Assembly: GCA_018818125.1 (NCBI GenBank)
Contig: JAHISQ010000054.1
Coordinates: forward strand, 66,514 to 130,513
Direction: 5' to 3'
Source of the DNA: Candidatus Rifleibacteriota bacterium
GTDB lineage: Bacteria; Muiribacteriota; Ozemobacteria; Ozemobacterales; Ozemobacteraceae
DNA: 64,000 nt
Below are positions 1 through 9,446 of this stretch, piece after piece. A program made the position numbers and the translations under genes. A model generated the notes under the pieces. It was given only the letters and a program-made list of their open reading frames with translations. It was not told the origin of the DNA and ran no database searches. The first letter of the stretch is position 1. Each line of letters begins with the position of its first letter.

Positions 1-95
1 AATTCAGATGGGGAAACCACGATCGTGATGACAAACGGCCGCACAATTTTGAGCTTTCACGACTCAAAACCAAACCTGGCATTTAAGGGAAAACC

Positions 96-602
96 ATGCA
101 CAGACGCAGCAATTCAAGAGGTTATACAATAATCGAAATCCTGGTAACCATTGCCATATTAAGTCTGATAATGCTGTTCATCATTCCAGTGTTTTCATAT
201 TCACGCCGGGCAACGACGACGATGTCACGCCTTGATTCTTATCACGATGTGAGAAGGGTCGATCAGGAAATCGCCTCTGAGATCAAATTTGGCTCGGCAA
301 TTCTTTATCCACCGCGACCGAACTCATCTGACGCCGGCGAGTGGCATTCTCAGGTAGTTTTCCGCAACTCGATAAATCAGACTCAGGTGCTTTTTGTTAA
401 CGAAAAAGGTCAGCTTATGCTGCTAAATTACGATGAGATTCTCGGAACCGATCTGGCTGGCGCAAGGTTGCTCAGTTCTAGTATCAAAGAGTTTGCTGCG
501 CGCAGACATGGCAATTCGGTTCTTGAATATAAACTTACTTTCGAAGCTGACCAGCGTGAATTTGCGGTAACCAACCGAATCGCGCTCATGAACGTATTTT
601 GA
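96..602 (+). CDS. Prepilin-type N-terminal cleavage/methylation domain protein (pseudopilin / minor pilin-like)
   Basis: Translation starts MHRRSNSRG|YTIIEILVTIAILSLIMLFIIP, which is a short basic leader, Gly at the cleavage site, Glu at +5 and a hydrophobic helix. This is the class III signal of type IV pilins/T2SS pseudopilins. An RBS-like 'aaggga' lies upstream. Confidence 0.8.
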   Translation: MHRRSNSRGYTIIEILVTIAILSLIMLFIIPVFSYSRRATTTMSRLDSYHDVRRVDQEIASEIKFGSAILYPPRPNSSDAGEWHSQVVFRNSINQTQVLFVNEKGQLMLLNYDEILGTDLAGARLLSSSIKEFAARRHGNSVLEYKLTFEADQREFAVTNRIALMNVF

Positions 603-618
603 CCGGCAGGAGACTGAA

Positions 619-3606
619 ATGAAAAGGCATGGTTCGACGATAATGGTTGCTGTGATTTTGGGTTCGGTCTTTTTCATCGTTGTAAGCGGTCTTTTACGCT
701 TCTCCTCAAGTGAAATGAAGCATGTAAAGGCAATCAGCGCCGTCAGAAAAGCAGAGTTACTGGCATTGTCTGGCGTCGACTGGGCAGAAAGTGAGCTGCG
801 CAAAGGTCGCTGGTATCAGAAAGAATTTAGGCCCTACGAAAAAGTGGTTGGGGTACACCCCACTCACGGTGTCAAAGAGCTGACTCCATTTGGAGCAGAA
901 GAGGGCAAAGTCACCATCATTTGCGAAGACGTTGCCAATGCGACTCCCGGCAGCAATACCAGGGGTATGCAACGGCTCTGGTATCTGCATCATATAAATG
1001 TATACGCACTTGGCGAGTTCGAAGGTTCAAAAGCGCTTGTCTACGGCCGTTACATCATCTCGCCCGAGCCTGCGCTCAACAGCATCTCAACCGAAGCCTC
1101 AGAATATGAAAGTCCCGAATTCGGCGCCCCAAGGGCTGCGGCATTGCGCGTTACAGCGGCTGTTGTAAACGGTAACGACGTCAGTGATTTTGTTGTTAAA
1201 AAAATTCATACCGCGGCTAATCAAAGTGTTGATATAAACAGTGTCGTAGCGACACTGGAGCCAACAGGAGAACCTGGCAGCGAAATCCCTTTACGCCCAC
1301 AGTTAAGTGGCAGAGTCAGCGATGTTCTCATGACAGAGGGCCAGACATGCCGGGCAGGTGACACTTTTGCAGTATTGAGCAGACAGATCACAACAGCTGG
1401 CGGTATTGCCGACAGCAAAACTCTCAAAAAAATGGTCAGGGTTACCAAAATAGACCCGTCAGTGTGGCGCGGACTCAACATCCTGAGCCGTAACGACCGA
1501 TTTGCTCTATCACAATATATCAGTGGTCTTTCCGATGCTTATCTGCAGAATTTTGTGGCTCATTCGTCTCTTGAAAGCGCAATCAAAAACCTGGGCACTT
1601 CAAAGCTGGGCAGCAGAATCGACGCCAACGAACTGCTTAGCAAGTTCCCTGCAGACATCAATAATACGACCCGAAATCGGGCCGAAAACATGTTTCTGGC
1701 ACAAATGATTCAGAATTTTACAGTTCCTGGCGGAACCTGGGAGCGCAAGGAAAAGTCACTCGATAAAACCTATCTCCAACTTGATCACCCACGCACCACC
1801 CAGCCACCGGCTGATCTCGTCAACTGGCTGCGCGAACTTAATCTGAGTTTTCTGCTCAATACCAAACCCAGAGTAGATCCCAGATATTATGAGCCTAAAA
1901 TGAAACAAAGCGAGTTTATAAAACTGCTCAAGCCACAGTTCAACGTTGATTCGAGCGAGTTCATTCAGAGTCTGTCGCAGTTACCAGATTCTTCGCGATA
2001 CATCGACATTGAAGAAGGCGACTTTGAAAGCTCTCCTGCGGTTTTTCGAGAAACCGAAAGCTCAATCGAAGTTGTAAAGCCCGACAAGGGTGTTCGGGTT
2101 TTTGTCGAAAAGTACACCAAAGACTACACTTTTGTTGATCCAGAATCTGGCTTTTCGATCAAAATGGGCGAGCTGATGGCGTTTCTGCGCAAATATTACG
2201 ATGACAGTGGAGCCCAGAGTCCTCGCGAGGACGTAAGAACACAAGAGCACATCGACTGGCCAATGCCGAAGCCAGCACCTGCGCCACCAACTCCAAAGCC
2301 CGGTGGCAGCTGGACCTGGAACCCTGGCGCGCCGGGGGTTCCGCCCGGAGAGCCTTCATGGACATACCGCAATGGCGGCAAAAAAGAAATTCCGTCTCCT
2401 GTCGCTGGCGAGCGCGACTTTGAACCGGCCGGCGGACCGCCAGACGGCGGCGAAAAGAACTACCGGGTCGCCGCTATCGCTCCGACGAGCAGCGAAGACA
2501 GCAACAAACATGGTGGCAACGCCGTAGAACCTACTAACAGCCAGTTTAGCAACATTCGACCGCCGATCGAAATCAACACGGGCGGGGATTGGAATTCAAC
2601 ACCTGGATCACCCGGTGTTGATCCGACCGAAGGCAGCTATTCATGGCGTGAAGATCCGCCCCCCCCTGACAACACTTCTGCTGAAACCACCCACAAATGC
2701 TCAAGTTGTTGTTTTGCGGCAGGCACCAGGATTCTTATGGCAGACGGTTCGCTCAAAGCAATTGAAGCGGTTGCGATTGGCGATAAGGTTGCGGCTTTTG
2801 ATGAAGCTGGCAAAACCAGGATTATTGGTGAAGTAATGACTCTTGAATCACCAATTCGTGATCATCTAACAACTATCACTTTCGCGGATGAAAAGACACT
2901 GCACCTGACTGACGAACACCCGCTTTACACCCGCGAAGGCTGGGCATCAATCGACCCTGAATTCACCTTAAAGCATCACCAGATGCAGACCAAGCGACTC
3001 AGGGTTGGCAACGAAGTTTTCGGCAGCGACGACAACTGGCACAAAATCACTGCTATGAGCACAGTTCTGTCTGACGTCAAAGTTTACAACCTGTCGAGAG
3101 TCTTACCAGGCGAAACCTTTTTTGCTGATGGCTTTCTGGCCCATAATAAACCCGACAGCCAGTGTGAAAAATGTAATCCTGGCGGAGAAGGTGCAGCCGC
3201 TGGTGGTGCCGACGCTATCAGCGGTGCTGATGGCACCGAAAGTTCCGGCAACGCCATCGACAACGCCGCAACCAACTCACCCGGCAGTGCTGCGGCCGGC
3301 GCCAACACCACCGATGGCACCGGCAACAATCCCGGAGCTGGCGGCTCAGGCATCGGTACCTCCGGTGGGCCGGGCAGCGCAGGCGGTCAGAACAACACCT
3401 CCGGTGGGAATAACACTGGCAGCACCAGCAACACCGGTAGCAATGGCAGCTCCAGTGGCACCGGCACTAGCGGAACCAGTCCGGGAGGTTCCAACAATCC
3501 TTCGGGCACTGGTGGTGTTAATCCAGGCGGCAGCAGTGGCAGCACCAGCAGCGGCAGCAGTGTCGCTCCCTATACGCCGCCTCGTAGAACTGGCGGCGGA
3601 TGCTGA
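619..3606 (+). CDS. PilX-N-domain (minor-pilin/GspK-like) large secreted protein with internal Hint (bacterial intein-like) domain and G/S/T/N-rich C-terminal tail
   Basis: It lies 17 nt downstream of the pseudopilin gene. The N-terminus RHGSTIMVAVILGSVFFIVVSGLL...AELLALSGVDWAESEL matches the PilX_N consensus. Residues ~698-843 read CFAAGTRILMADGS...TDEHPLYT...VYNL...ETFFADGFLAHN, the Hint/intein splicing-fold motif blocks. The last ~140 aa are a low-complexity G/S/T/N/P tract. Confidence 0.75.
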   Translation: MKRHGSTIMVAVILGSVFFIVVSGLLRFSSSEMKHVKAISAVRKAELLALSGVDWAESELRKGRWYQKEFRPYEKVVGVHPTHGVKELTPFGAEEGKVTIICEDVANATPGSNTRGMQRLWYLHHINVYALGEFEGSKALVYGRYIISPEPALNSISTEASEYESPEFGAPRAAALRVTAAVVNGNDVSDFVVKKIHTAANQSVDINSVVATLEPTGEPGSEIPLRPQLSGRVSDVLMTEGQTCRAGDTFAVLSRQITTAGGIADSKTLKKMVRVTKIDPSVWRGLNILSRNDRFALSQYISGLSDAYLQNFVAHSSLESAIKNLGTSKLGSRIDANELLSKFPADINNTTRNRAENMFLAQMIQNFTVPGGTWERKEKSLDKTYLQLDHPRTTQPPADLVNWLRELNLSFLLNTKPRVDPRYYEPKMKQSEFIKLLKPQFNVDSSEFIQSLSQLPDSSRYIDIEEGDFESSPAVFRETESSIEVVKPDKGVRVFVEKYTKDYTFVDPESGFSIKMGELMAFLRKYYDDSGAQSPREDVRTQEHIDWPMPKPAPAPPTPKPGGSWTWNPGAPGVPPGEPSWTYRNGGKKEIPSPVAGERDFEPAGGPPDGGEKNYRVAAIAPTSSEDSNKHGGNAVEPTNSQFSNIRPPIEINTGGDWNSTPGSPGVDPTEGSYSWREDPPPPDNTSAETTHKCSSCCFAAGTRILMADGSLKAIEAVAIGDKVAAFDEAGKTRIIGEVMTLESPIRDHLTTITFADEKTLHLTDEHPLYTREGWASIDPEFTLKHHQMQTKRLRVGNEVFGSDDNWHKITAMSTVLSDVKVYNLSRVLPGETFFADGFLAHNKPDSQCEKCNPGGEGAAAGGADAISGADGTESSGNAIDNAATNSPGSAAAGANTTDGTGNNPGAGGSGIGTSGGPGSAGGQNNTSGGNNTGSTSNTGSNGSSSGTGTSGTSPGGSNNPSGTGGVNPGGSSGSTSSGSSVAPYTPPRRTGGGC
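2710..3147 (+). other. Hint (Hedgehog/intein-like, BIL-type) domain within the 619..3606 CDS
   Basis: There is a Cys-Phe at the domain start (CF...), the internal blocks TDEHPLYT and VYNLS, and a terminal HN (FLAHN). No homing-endonuclease insert is present. The domain is ~146 aa, the size of mini-inteins/BIL domains. Confidence 0.65.
3181..3600 (+). repeat. Coding low-complexity tract (Gly/Ser/Thr/Asn/Pro-rich tail of the Hint-domain protein)
   Basis: The DNA is dominated by ggc/agc/acc/aac codon reiterations (e.g. ggcagcaccagcaacaccggtagcaatggcagc). The translation is a GAGG...SGTSGG...NNTSGG tract. Confidence 0.7.
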
Positions 3607-3667
3607 AATCTGATTATTTGATCTAAAACTGTGTTATAATCGGCCAGATTTTTCTGGCGGTCAATTA

Positions 3668-4402
3668 ATGAATGATTCAAGCAAAGACAAAATATTCGCT
3701 GAAGCGATAAAAAAACCGCAGGACTTCGTCTTTGACGAACGGGTCGCAGCAGTTTTTCCCGACATGTTGCTGCGTTCAATACCCGGCTACCCTGCAATAA
3801 TCGGTATGATTGAGACGCTGACGACACAGTTCGCGCAGAACAATTCACGCCTATACGATCTCGGCTGTTCTCTTGGCGCCAGCGCACAATCGATGATCAG
3901 AGGTCTTAAAACGACAAACTGCCAGATAATTGCGGTCGACAATTCGCAGGCAATGATTGATAAATGCCTGGCCCTGCCAATAGAAGAGTCAGCGCCGACG
4001 CGAATCGAGTTTCGCTGCGAAGATATCTTGAACTGCGAAATTACAGATGCATCAGTTGTGGTCATGAACTTTACACTGCAGTTCATCGACAAAGCCCGCC
4101 GCTGCGAGATGCTCGACAAGATTTTTGCCGGCATGCGGCCGAACGGAATCTTCATCCTCTCCGAAAAAGTTAAATTCGAAGACCCGGCAGTTAACGAACT
4201 CTTAATCGAGGTGTATCACGCTTTTAAGAAAGCCAATGGCTACAGTGCACTTGAAGTCAGCCAAAAACGATCGGCTCTCGAAAATGTGCTTATACCAGAA
4301 ACCATCAAAGAGCACCGCGACCGCATCATAAGAGCTGGTTTTAAAAGCGCAGACGTCTGGTTTCAGTGTTTCAACTTCATGTCGATGCTGGCAATCAAGT
4401 GA
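3668..4402 (+). CDS. cmoA: Carboxy-S-adenosyl-L-methionine synthase (tRNA cmo5U34 pathway)
   Basis: The N-terminus KDKIFAEAIKKPQDFVFDERVAAVFPDMLLRSIPGY is the conserved CmoA signature. It has a class I SAM-MTase fold with motif LGCSLGA. It is translationally coupled to cmoB through a TGATG overlap. Confidence 0.9.
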   Translation: MNDSSKDKIFAEAIKKPQDFVFDERVAAVFPDMLLRSIPGYPAIIGMIETLTTQFAQNNSRLYDLGCSLGASAQSMIRGLKTTNCQIIAVDNSQAMIDKCLALPIEESAPTRIEFRCEDILNCEITDASVVVMNFTLQFIDKARRCEMLDKIFAGMRPNGIFILSEKVKFEDPAVNELLIEVYHAFKKANGYSALEVSQKRSALENVLIPETIKEHRDRIIRAGFKSADVWFQCFNFMSMLAIK

Positions 4403-5379
4403 TGAGTAATTTTGACTTTACTGCCTTTTATCAGTCACTTGCCCGCGCCGACTTGGGGAAATGGCAAGCGCAGTTCGCAGCTGAGATAGAAAGTTCTCTG
4501 GCAAAACGCGATGGCAACCTGCCGATGTGGCTGGCAGCACTTGATGCCATGCCAGATCTGGCACATGATTGTTCCAGTTTAAACAAGCCAACAGTAACAG
4601 CTGGAAGGCCGTTGGCAACAGATTCAAACTTGGTTGAGCAGCTCAAAAGCTCGTTACTCCAGCTCAAACCCTGGCGCAAAGGGCCATTTGAGCTTTTCGG
4701 GCTCAAGATCGACAGTGAATGGCGTTCAGACCTGAAGTGGGCAAGAGTAGCCCCACATGTCGCTTCCCTGAGCGGCCGCAAAATTCTAGATGTCGGCTGT
4801 GGCAATGGCTATTACCTGATGCGTATGGCCGGTGCGGGAGCGGATATCGCTATAGGAATCGACCCCTCACTCTTATTTCTTGCCCAATTCACCGCTATCA
4901 GTCGGTATTGCGAACAAACCGCCGCCTTTATGTTGCCGATCGGCTTTGAGCAGCTGCCCGAAGAAATGCAATGTTTCGACACCGTCTTCTCGATGGGAGT
5001 ATTTTATCATCGGCGCTCGCCATTCGATTTTTTAAGAAGCTTGCGTATGCTTTTGCGCAAGGGTGGCGAACTGGTATTAGAAACTCTGGTTATCGAGGGC
5101 GATCAGCATCAGGTACTGGTGCCATCGGATCGTTACGCAAGAATGAACAATGTCTGGTTCATACCCTCTGTTCAGGCAATGACAGCCTGGCTCGTCAAGG
5201 CCGGGTTTGTTGATGCAAGAGCAGTAGATATAGGCAAAACCACGGTTGAAGAGCAGCGTAGCACAGAATGGATGCCAGGCGAATCATTGGCCATGTGCCT
5301 TGATCCAGACAACAACGCTTACACGATTGAAGGGCACCCGGCTCCTGTAAGAGCTGTATTTATTGCAAATCGCCCCTGA
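4402..5379 (+). CDS. cmoB: tRNA U34 carboxymethyltransferase
   Basis: It contains LKPWRKGPFELFGLKIDSEWRSDLKW and ILDVGCGNGYY, which are CmoB hallmarks. The start was chosen at the ATG that overlaps the cmoA stop (MSNFDF...). The six-frame ORF begins 36 nt earlier. Confidence 0.9.
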   Translation: MSNFDFTAFYQSLARADLGKWQAQFAAEIESSLAKRDGNLPMWLAALDAMPDLAHDCSSLNKPTVTAGRPLATDSNLVEQLKSSLLQLKPWRKGPFELFGLKIDSEWRSDLKWARVAPHVASLSGRKILDVGCGNGYYLMRMAGAGADIAIGIDPSLLFLAQFTAISRYCEQTAAFMLPIGFEQLPEEMQCFDTVFSMGVFYHRRSPFDFLRSLRMLLRKGGELVLETLVIEGDQHQVLVPSDRYARMNNVWFIPSVQAMTAWLVKAGFVDARAVDIGKTTVEEQRSTEWMPGESLAMCLDPDNNAYTIEGHPAPVRAVFIANRP

Positions 5380-5805
5380 TTTTTGTCTAAAATCAAAAAC
5401 ACGCTAAAAACTGCTAATTTTGCAGCCATCGCAAGATTTTAGCGATTTTTTTTCACAAGTTGCCAAAAAGCTGCCAAATAGACAAAAAATCACTGTTAAT
5501 GTCCCCTGCAGGCAATTGACACAATTTGTCTATTATGGCATCAGTGAGAAAAGCGGCAAAAACTTTGGCAGCCTAGCTCAGAACTTAAAGGAGACGATGT
5601 ACGGTGAAAACTCAAAAGTCCTTAAATAAAGGTTTGAGAAAAATGAAAGACGAGTTTGACGATTTCTCGGATGTTCAAAAAAAAAGCAAGGCGAAAAAAC
5701 CAAAGAGAGTTCGCCACGAAGATTTCGAAAATTTTGATCATGAAAATGACAATCTTGATGATAATGATGTATATTCAAAATAACTAGTGCAAAAGGGAGC
5801 AACAA

Positions 5806-6294
5806 ATGAAGTTCAGGATAATTGCAGTTTTTCTGTGTGTTATGGCTCTGATTGGTTCAGGTGGTGTTCTCTCAGCCGCCTCTATTTCTGGTATGATCAC
5901 GGTTACCAGAGATGCCAGCAGGGCAATCGTGAGCGCTGTAATTGAAACCAGCAGTCGCGACAGTTCAGGCAGTCCTGTTACATACAACCTTGTCATGGAC
6001 GAAAATGGCCATGCAATCGCTCAACAGTTTGAAAACAAAGATGTAAAAATAGAAGGTGCGGTCAATGGCAAAGAGATGACCGCCGACACCTGGACAGGCA
6101 TTCGCCAGCCAGCAGGGGCCGAGCCTGCTTACGAACCTGAGCCAGAACCAGAACCAGAATCAGAACCGGCAGAAGTAGACGAACCAGAAGAGGGTGACAC
6201 AGAGGAACCTGCAGACGTAGACAATGATGAAGAGCCCAAAGACGAGCCTGCAGATGACAACAAAGACGAAGAAGACAGCGAAGACGAAGAATAA
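5806..6294 (+). CDS. Secreted hypothetical protein with acidic PEPEPE/DE-rich C-terminal tail
   Basis: It has a signal peptide MKFRIIAVFLCVMALIGSGGVLSAAS. The C-terminal ~60 aa are almost entirely E/D/P (PEPEPEPESEP...DEEDSEDEE). A canonical terminator follows immediately. Confidence 0.55.
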   Translation: MKFRIIAVFLCVMALIGSGGVLSAASISGMITVTRDASRAIVSAVIETSSRDSSGSPVTYNLVMDENGHAIAQQFENKDVKIEGAVNGKEMTADTWTGIRQPAGAEPAYEPEPEPEPESEPAEVDEPEEGDTEEPADVDNDEEPKDEPADDNKDEEDSEDEE

Positions 6295-6311
6295 TAAATA
6301 ACTCCTTCCCC

Positions 6312-6346
6312 AAAAAACCGCCCCCGAAAAGGGGCGGTTTTTTTTG
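6312..6346 (+). terminator. Rho-independent terminator
   Basis: The sequence is aaaaaaCCGCCCCCgaaaaGGGGCGGtttttttt, a GC stem with a 5-nt loop followed by a T8 run. Confidence 0.85.
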
Positions 6347-6639
6347 CGGCAGTTCGTCAGTGATTGTGATAAACTTGCCAGCATAAAGCATTTTTGTTCT
6401 GGAGTGATTGAATTGTTCAGCGTCATCTATGCTCAAACAGCAGCTTCGGTATCTGGCAAATTCAGTTATGCGGGTATATTCCTTCAACTGCCGGGCTTTA
6501 CCAGACCCGCAATCATTCATGATGTAGAATTTCAACGCGGCGGCTTTTCCTAGGCCACTGCCCCCAAAAACAAAGTTATTTTCAATGATTATTTGTTGTA
6601 AGCGACATATTTTGCAAAGCAGATTTCAGGAGGAATGAA

Positions 6640-7893
6640 ATGTTAGACGCACCAAAACTTAACCTGAGCAAGAGCTTCGAGGAATTCGAACACGGTAAAA
6701 CCTGTACTCCAGGCGGAGTTCTCGGCATCAGAAGGCCTTACAATTTTATCGAAGGCGAATACCCGATATATTTTGAGCATGGCAAGGGCGGCAAAATTAC
6801 CGATATCGACGGAAATGAATATCTCGACTACCTCTGCGCCTACGGCCCGATCATCATGGGCCATCGCGAAGAAGAAATTGACAACGCTGCTATAGAACAG
6901 ATCAGATCAAAGGGTTTTTGTTTTTCACTGACCCAATCTATTCAGAATAAGCTGGCCGACAAGATCAGATCACTAGTTAAATGTGCTGAGATGTCTGTTT
7001 TTGTCAAAACCGGATCCGACGCCACTACTCTGGCGGTAAGAGTTGCCCGCGGTTACACCGGTCGCAACAAAATTATTCGTTGCGGCTATCATGGCTGGCA
7101 TGACTGGTGTGTCGAGGTCAAAGGCGGTGTACCGGCAAAACTCTACGAAGATGTTTTTGAATTTCATTACAACCACCTCGACGAGCTTGAAGAATTGCTT
7201 AAGCAGCATGGCAGTGACGTTGCCGGCATTATCATCACACCAATCGGCCATCCGCTTGCCGAACAGTGCGCGTATCCGAAACCCGGCTTTCTCGAAGGGG
7301 TCAGAAACCTGGCCGACAAATACGGCGCTGTGCTGATTTTTGATGAGATTCGCACCGGATTCAGGGTGCATATAGGCGGAGCTCAAACTCTTCTTGGAGT
7401 TACTCCAGACCTGGCAACTTTCGGCAAAGCACTTGCCAACGGCTACCCGATAAGTGCTTGTGTAGGCAAAGCACAGTTCATGAAAAAGCTCGAAAAGGAA
7501 GTTTTCGTTTCATCGACCTTTTTCCCAAACAGCGTTGAGTTTGCAGCAGCTCTCAAAACTCTCGAAATACTCGAACGCGATCAGGTCCTTGAGGTAATCA
7601 AAAAGAAAGGTGAATGGTTCAACGCCGAACTGGCAAAAATTACGGCCCGACATAATGTCGAAACCGAGCTTTCGCCGATTCCGCAAATGCCCTTCGTAAC
7701 TTTCAAAAAGAACGCCGCCAAAACCTATAAAGAAATGCGCAAAGACTTCTACACCCAGCTGATCAGACGCAAAGTCTTTTTGCAGCCCTTTCATCACGGC
7801 TACATCTGTTACCGCCATACCGACGAGGATCTTAAATACACCCTCGACGCAATTGATCAGGCTCTTTCATACATTGATGCAAAATCATATTGA
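6640..7893 (+). CDS. Class III (PLP, fold-type I) aminotransferase; candidate 3-aminobutyryl-CoA aminotransferase (Kat) of lysine fermentation
   Basis: It has a GSA-aminomutase-like N-terminus (YFEHGKGGKITDIDGNEYLDYLCAYGPIIMGH). There is strong aggagg SD spacing. It sits first in the lysine-fermentation operon, where kal is otherwise expected, and no kal gene is present in the window. Confidence 0.7.
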   Translation: MLDAPKLNLSKSFEEFEHGKTCTPGGVLGIRRPYNFIEGEYPIYFEHGKGGKITDIDGNEYLDYLCAYGPIIMGHREEEIDNAAIEQIRSKGFCFSLTQSIQNKLADKIRSLVKCAEMSVFVKTGSDATTLAVRVARGYTGRNKIIRCGYHGWHDWCVEVKGGVPAKLYEDVFEFHYNHLDELEELLKQHGSDVAGIIITPIGHPLAEQCAYPKPGFLEGVRNLADKYGAVLIFDEIRTGFRVHIGGAQTLLGVTPDLATFGKALANGYPISACVGKAQFMKKLEKEVFVSSTFFPNSVEFAAALKTLEILERDQVLEVIKKKGEWFNAELAKITARHNVETELSPIPQMPFVTFKKNAAKTYKEMRKDFYTQLIRRKVFLQPFHHGYICYRHTDEDLKYTLDAIDQALSYIDAKSY

Positions 7894-7902
7894 GGTGCAA
7901 AA

Positions 7903-8727
7903 ATGACAAAATTGATTATTACAGCTGCCATCTGCGGTGCTGAAGTTACCAAAGAAAACAACCCAGCTGTTCCCTATACGCTTGAGGAAATAGCCCGCGA
8001 AGCGGAATCAGCCGCTCAGGCCGGTGCTTCAATCATTCACCTGCATGTCCGCGAAGATGATGGCACCCCAACCCAGAGTGCGACCAGATTCAAAGCAGCT
8101 ATCGATGTAATTCGACAGCGCTGCCCTGATGTAATTATTCAGCCATCCACCGGCGGCGCAGTCGGTATGTCAAATGAAGAACGTCTTCAACCAGTCACCC
8201 TTCTTCCCGAAATGGCAACTCTCGACTGCGGTACAGTAAACTTTGGCAAGGACGATATTTTCGTAAACTCTGAAAATACAATTATCGCATTTGGCCAGAA
8301 AATGATTGAGCTTGGCGTAAAACCAGAAGTTGAGGTATTCGACAAAGGCATGATCGACACTGCAATAAGGCTTCAAAAAAAAGGCTTTATCAAGTCGCCC
8401 ATGCACTTTAACTTTGTCCTCGGCGTTACTGGCGGCATCAGCGCAACACTAAGAGATCTGGTGTTCATGCAGGGCAGTATCCCGGCAGACAGCACTTTTA
8501 CTGTTTCAGGAATAGGCAAGTCTGAGTTTAGTATGGCCACTGCAGCTATTTTGGCAGGCGGCCATGTACGGGTTGGTTTTGAAGATAACACCTATCTGGC
8601 CAAAGGAGTGCTGGCTAAATCGAATGGCGAGCTGGTAGCCAAGGTTGTTCGCATCGCCAAAGAGCTTGGCCGGGAAATTGCTACTCCCGCCGAAACGCGT
8701 GCTATACTGGGTCTTCCCGCGCGCTGA
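7903..8727 (+). CDS. kce: 3-keto-5-aminohexanoate cleavage enzyme (BKACE/DUF849 family)
   Basis: MTKLIITAAICGAEVTK...IIHLHVREDDGTP...IIQPSTGGAVG...PEMATLDCGTVNFG matches Kce along its whole length. Confidence 0.85.
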   Translation: MTKLIITAAICGAEVTKENNPAVPYTLEEIAREAESAAQAGASIIHLHVREDDGTPTQSATRFKAAIDVIRQRCPDVIIQPSTGGAVGMSNEERLQPVTLLPEMATLDCGTVNFGKDDIFVNSENTIIAFGQKMIELGVKPEVEVFDKGMIDTAIRLQKKGFIKSPMHFNFVLGVTGGISATLRDLVFMQGSIPADSTFTVSGIGKSEFSMATAAILAGGHVRVGFEDNTYLAKGVLAKSNGELVAKVVRIAKELGREIATPAETRAILGLPAR

Positions 8728-8768
8728 CGGTTTTTTTTGACAAATTTACGCATTGAAAGGTTTGATCA

Positions 8769-9431
8769 ATGTTTCATAAGATAATAAGCAGAAAAGATTT
8801 TGCTGACCTGGTCAAAGACGACATGACCATTATGATAGGCGGCTTTATGGCGTGTGGCACTCCTGAAACACTTATCGACGTGATCCTCGAAAAAGGCGTT
8901 AAAAACCTTACGATCATCTCCAACGACACCGGGTTTGTCGACAAAGGACTTGGCCGATTGGTTGCCGCCAAACAGGTTTCCCGCGTTATTGTTTCTCATA
9001 TCGGCACCAATCCAGAAACTGGCAAACAGATGGTCGAAGGCACACTTAAGGTCGATCTGGTTCCGCAGGGTACCCTCGTAGAAAGAATCAGATGTGCAGG
9101 CGCCGGACTTGGCGGAGTTCTCACCCCAATTGGGGTTGGAACCATGGTTGAAGAAGGCAAGCAGAAAATCACCGTCGAAGGCATCGACTATTTGCTTGAA
9201 CTGCCGCTTCGAGCCGAACTGGCTCTTATCGGTGGCAGCATTGTTGACAAAGCAGGTAACGTGGTTTACAACGCGACAACCCGCAATTTCAACCCAATTA
9301 TGGCGATGGCAGCCGACACAGTGGTCGTCGAGGCAAGTAAACTTGTAGAAATCGGCGAAATACAGGCTGAACTGGTAATGACACCGGCACCGCTGATAGA
9401 CCACATTTTTGTGCCAGAAAAAAGCCGATAA
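8769..9431 (+). CDS. atoD: 3-oxoacid/acetate CoA-transferase subunit A (acetoacetate:butyrate CoA-transferase alpha)
   Basis: It has the AtoD-type glycine-rich motif (IMIGGFMACGTPE) and the typical length of ~220 aa. An adjacent B subunit is present. Confidence 0.85.
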   Translation: MFHKIISRKDFADLVKDDMTIMIGGFMACGTPETLIDVILEKGVKNLTIISNDTGFVDKGLGRLVAAKQVSRVIVSHIGTNPETGKQMVEGTLKVDLVPQGTLVERIRCAGAGLGGVLTPIGVGTMVEEGKQKITVEGIDYLLELPLRAELALIGGSIVDKAGNVVYNATTRNFNPIMAMAADTVVVEASKLVEIGEIQAELVMTPAPLIDHIFVPEKSR

Positions 9432-9446
9432 ACAGGGAGTAAAAAT

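Noticed and set aside
1-132. Frame-1 open reading frame running from the window edge to a TAA at 130-132, a possible 3' end of an upstream gene overlapping the pseudopilin start
   Set aside because: It is only 43 codons and has no recognisable motif. It cannot be distinguished from chance, so I noted it without annotating it.
3122-3613. 163-aa alternative-frame ORF (A/P/V-rich) inside the G/S/T/N tract, and 3084..3353 on the minus strand
   Set aside because: Both are products of the codon-reiterative low-complexity DNA and are nested in a supported gene.
6295-6639. Possible lysine riboswitch (L-box) upstream of the lysine-fermentation operon
   Set aside because: I could not find the conserved L-box helices/loop E-like elements by eye in this 345-nt leader. 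It is flagged only as something a covariance-model search (Rfam RF00168) should rule in or out.
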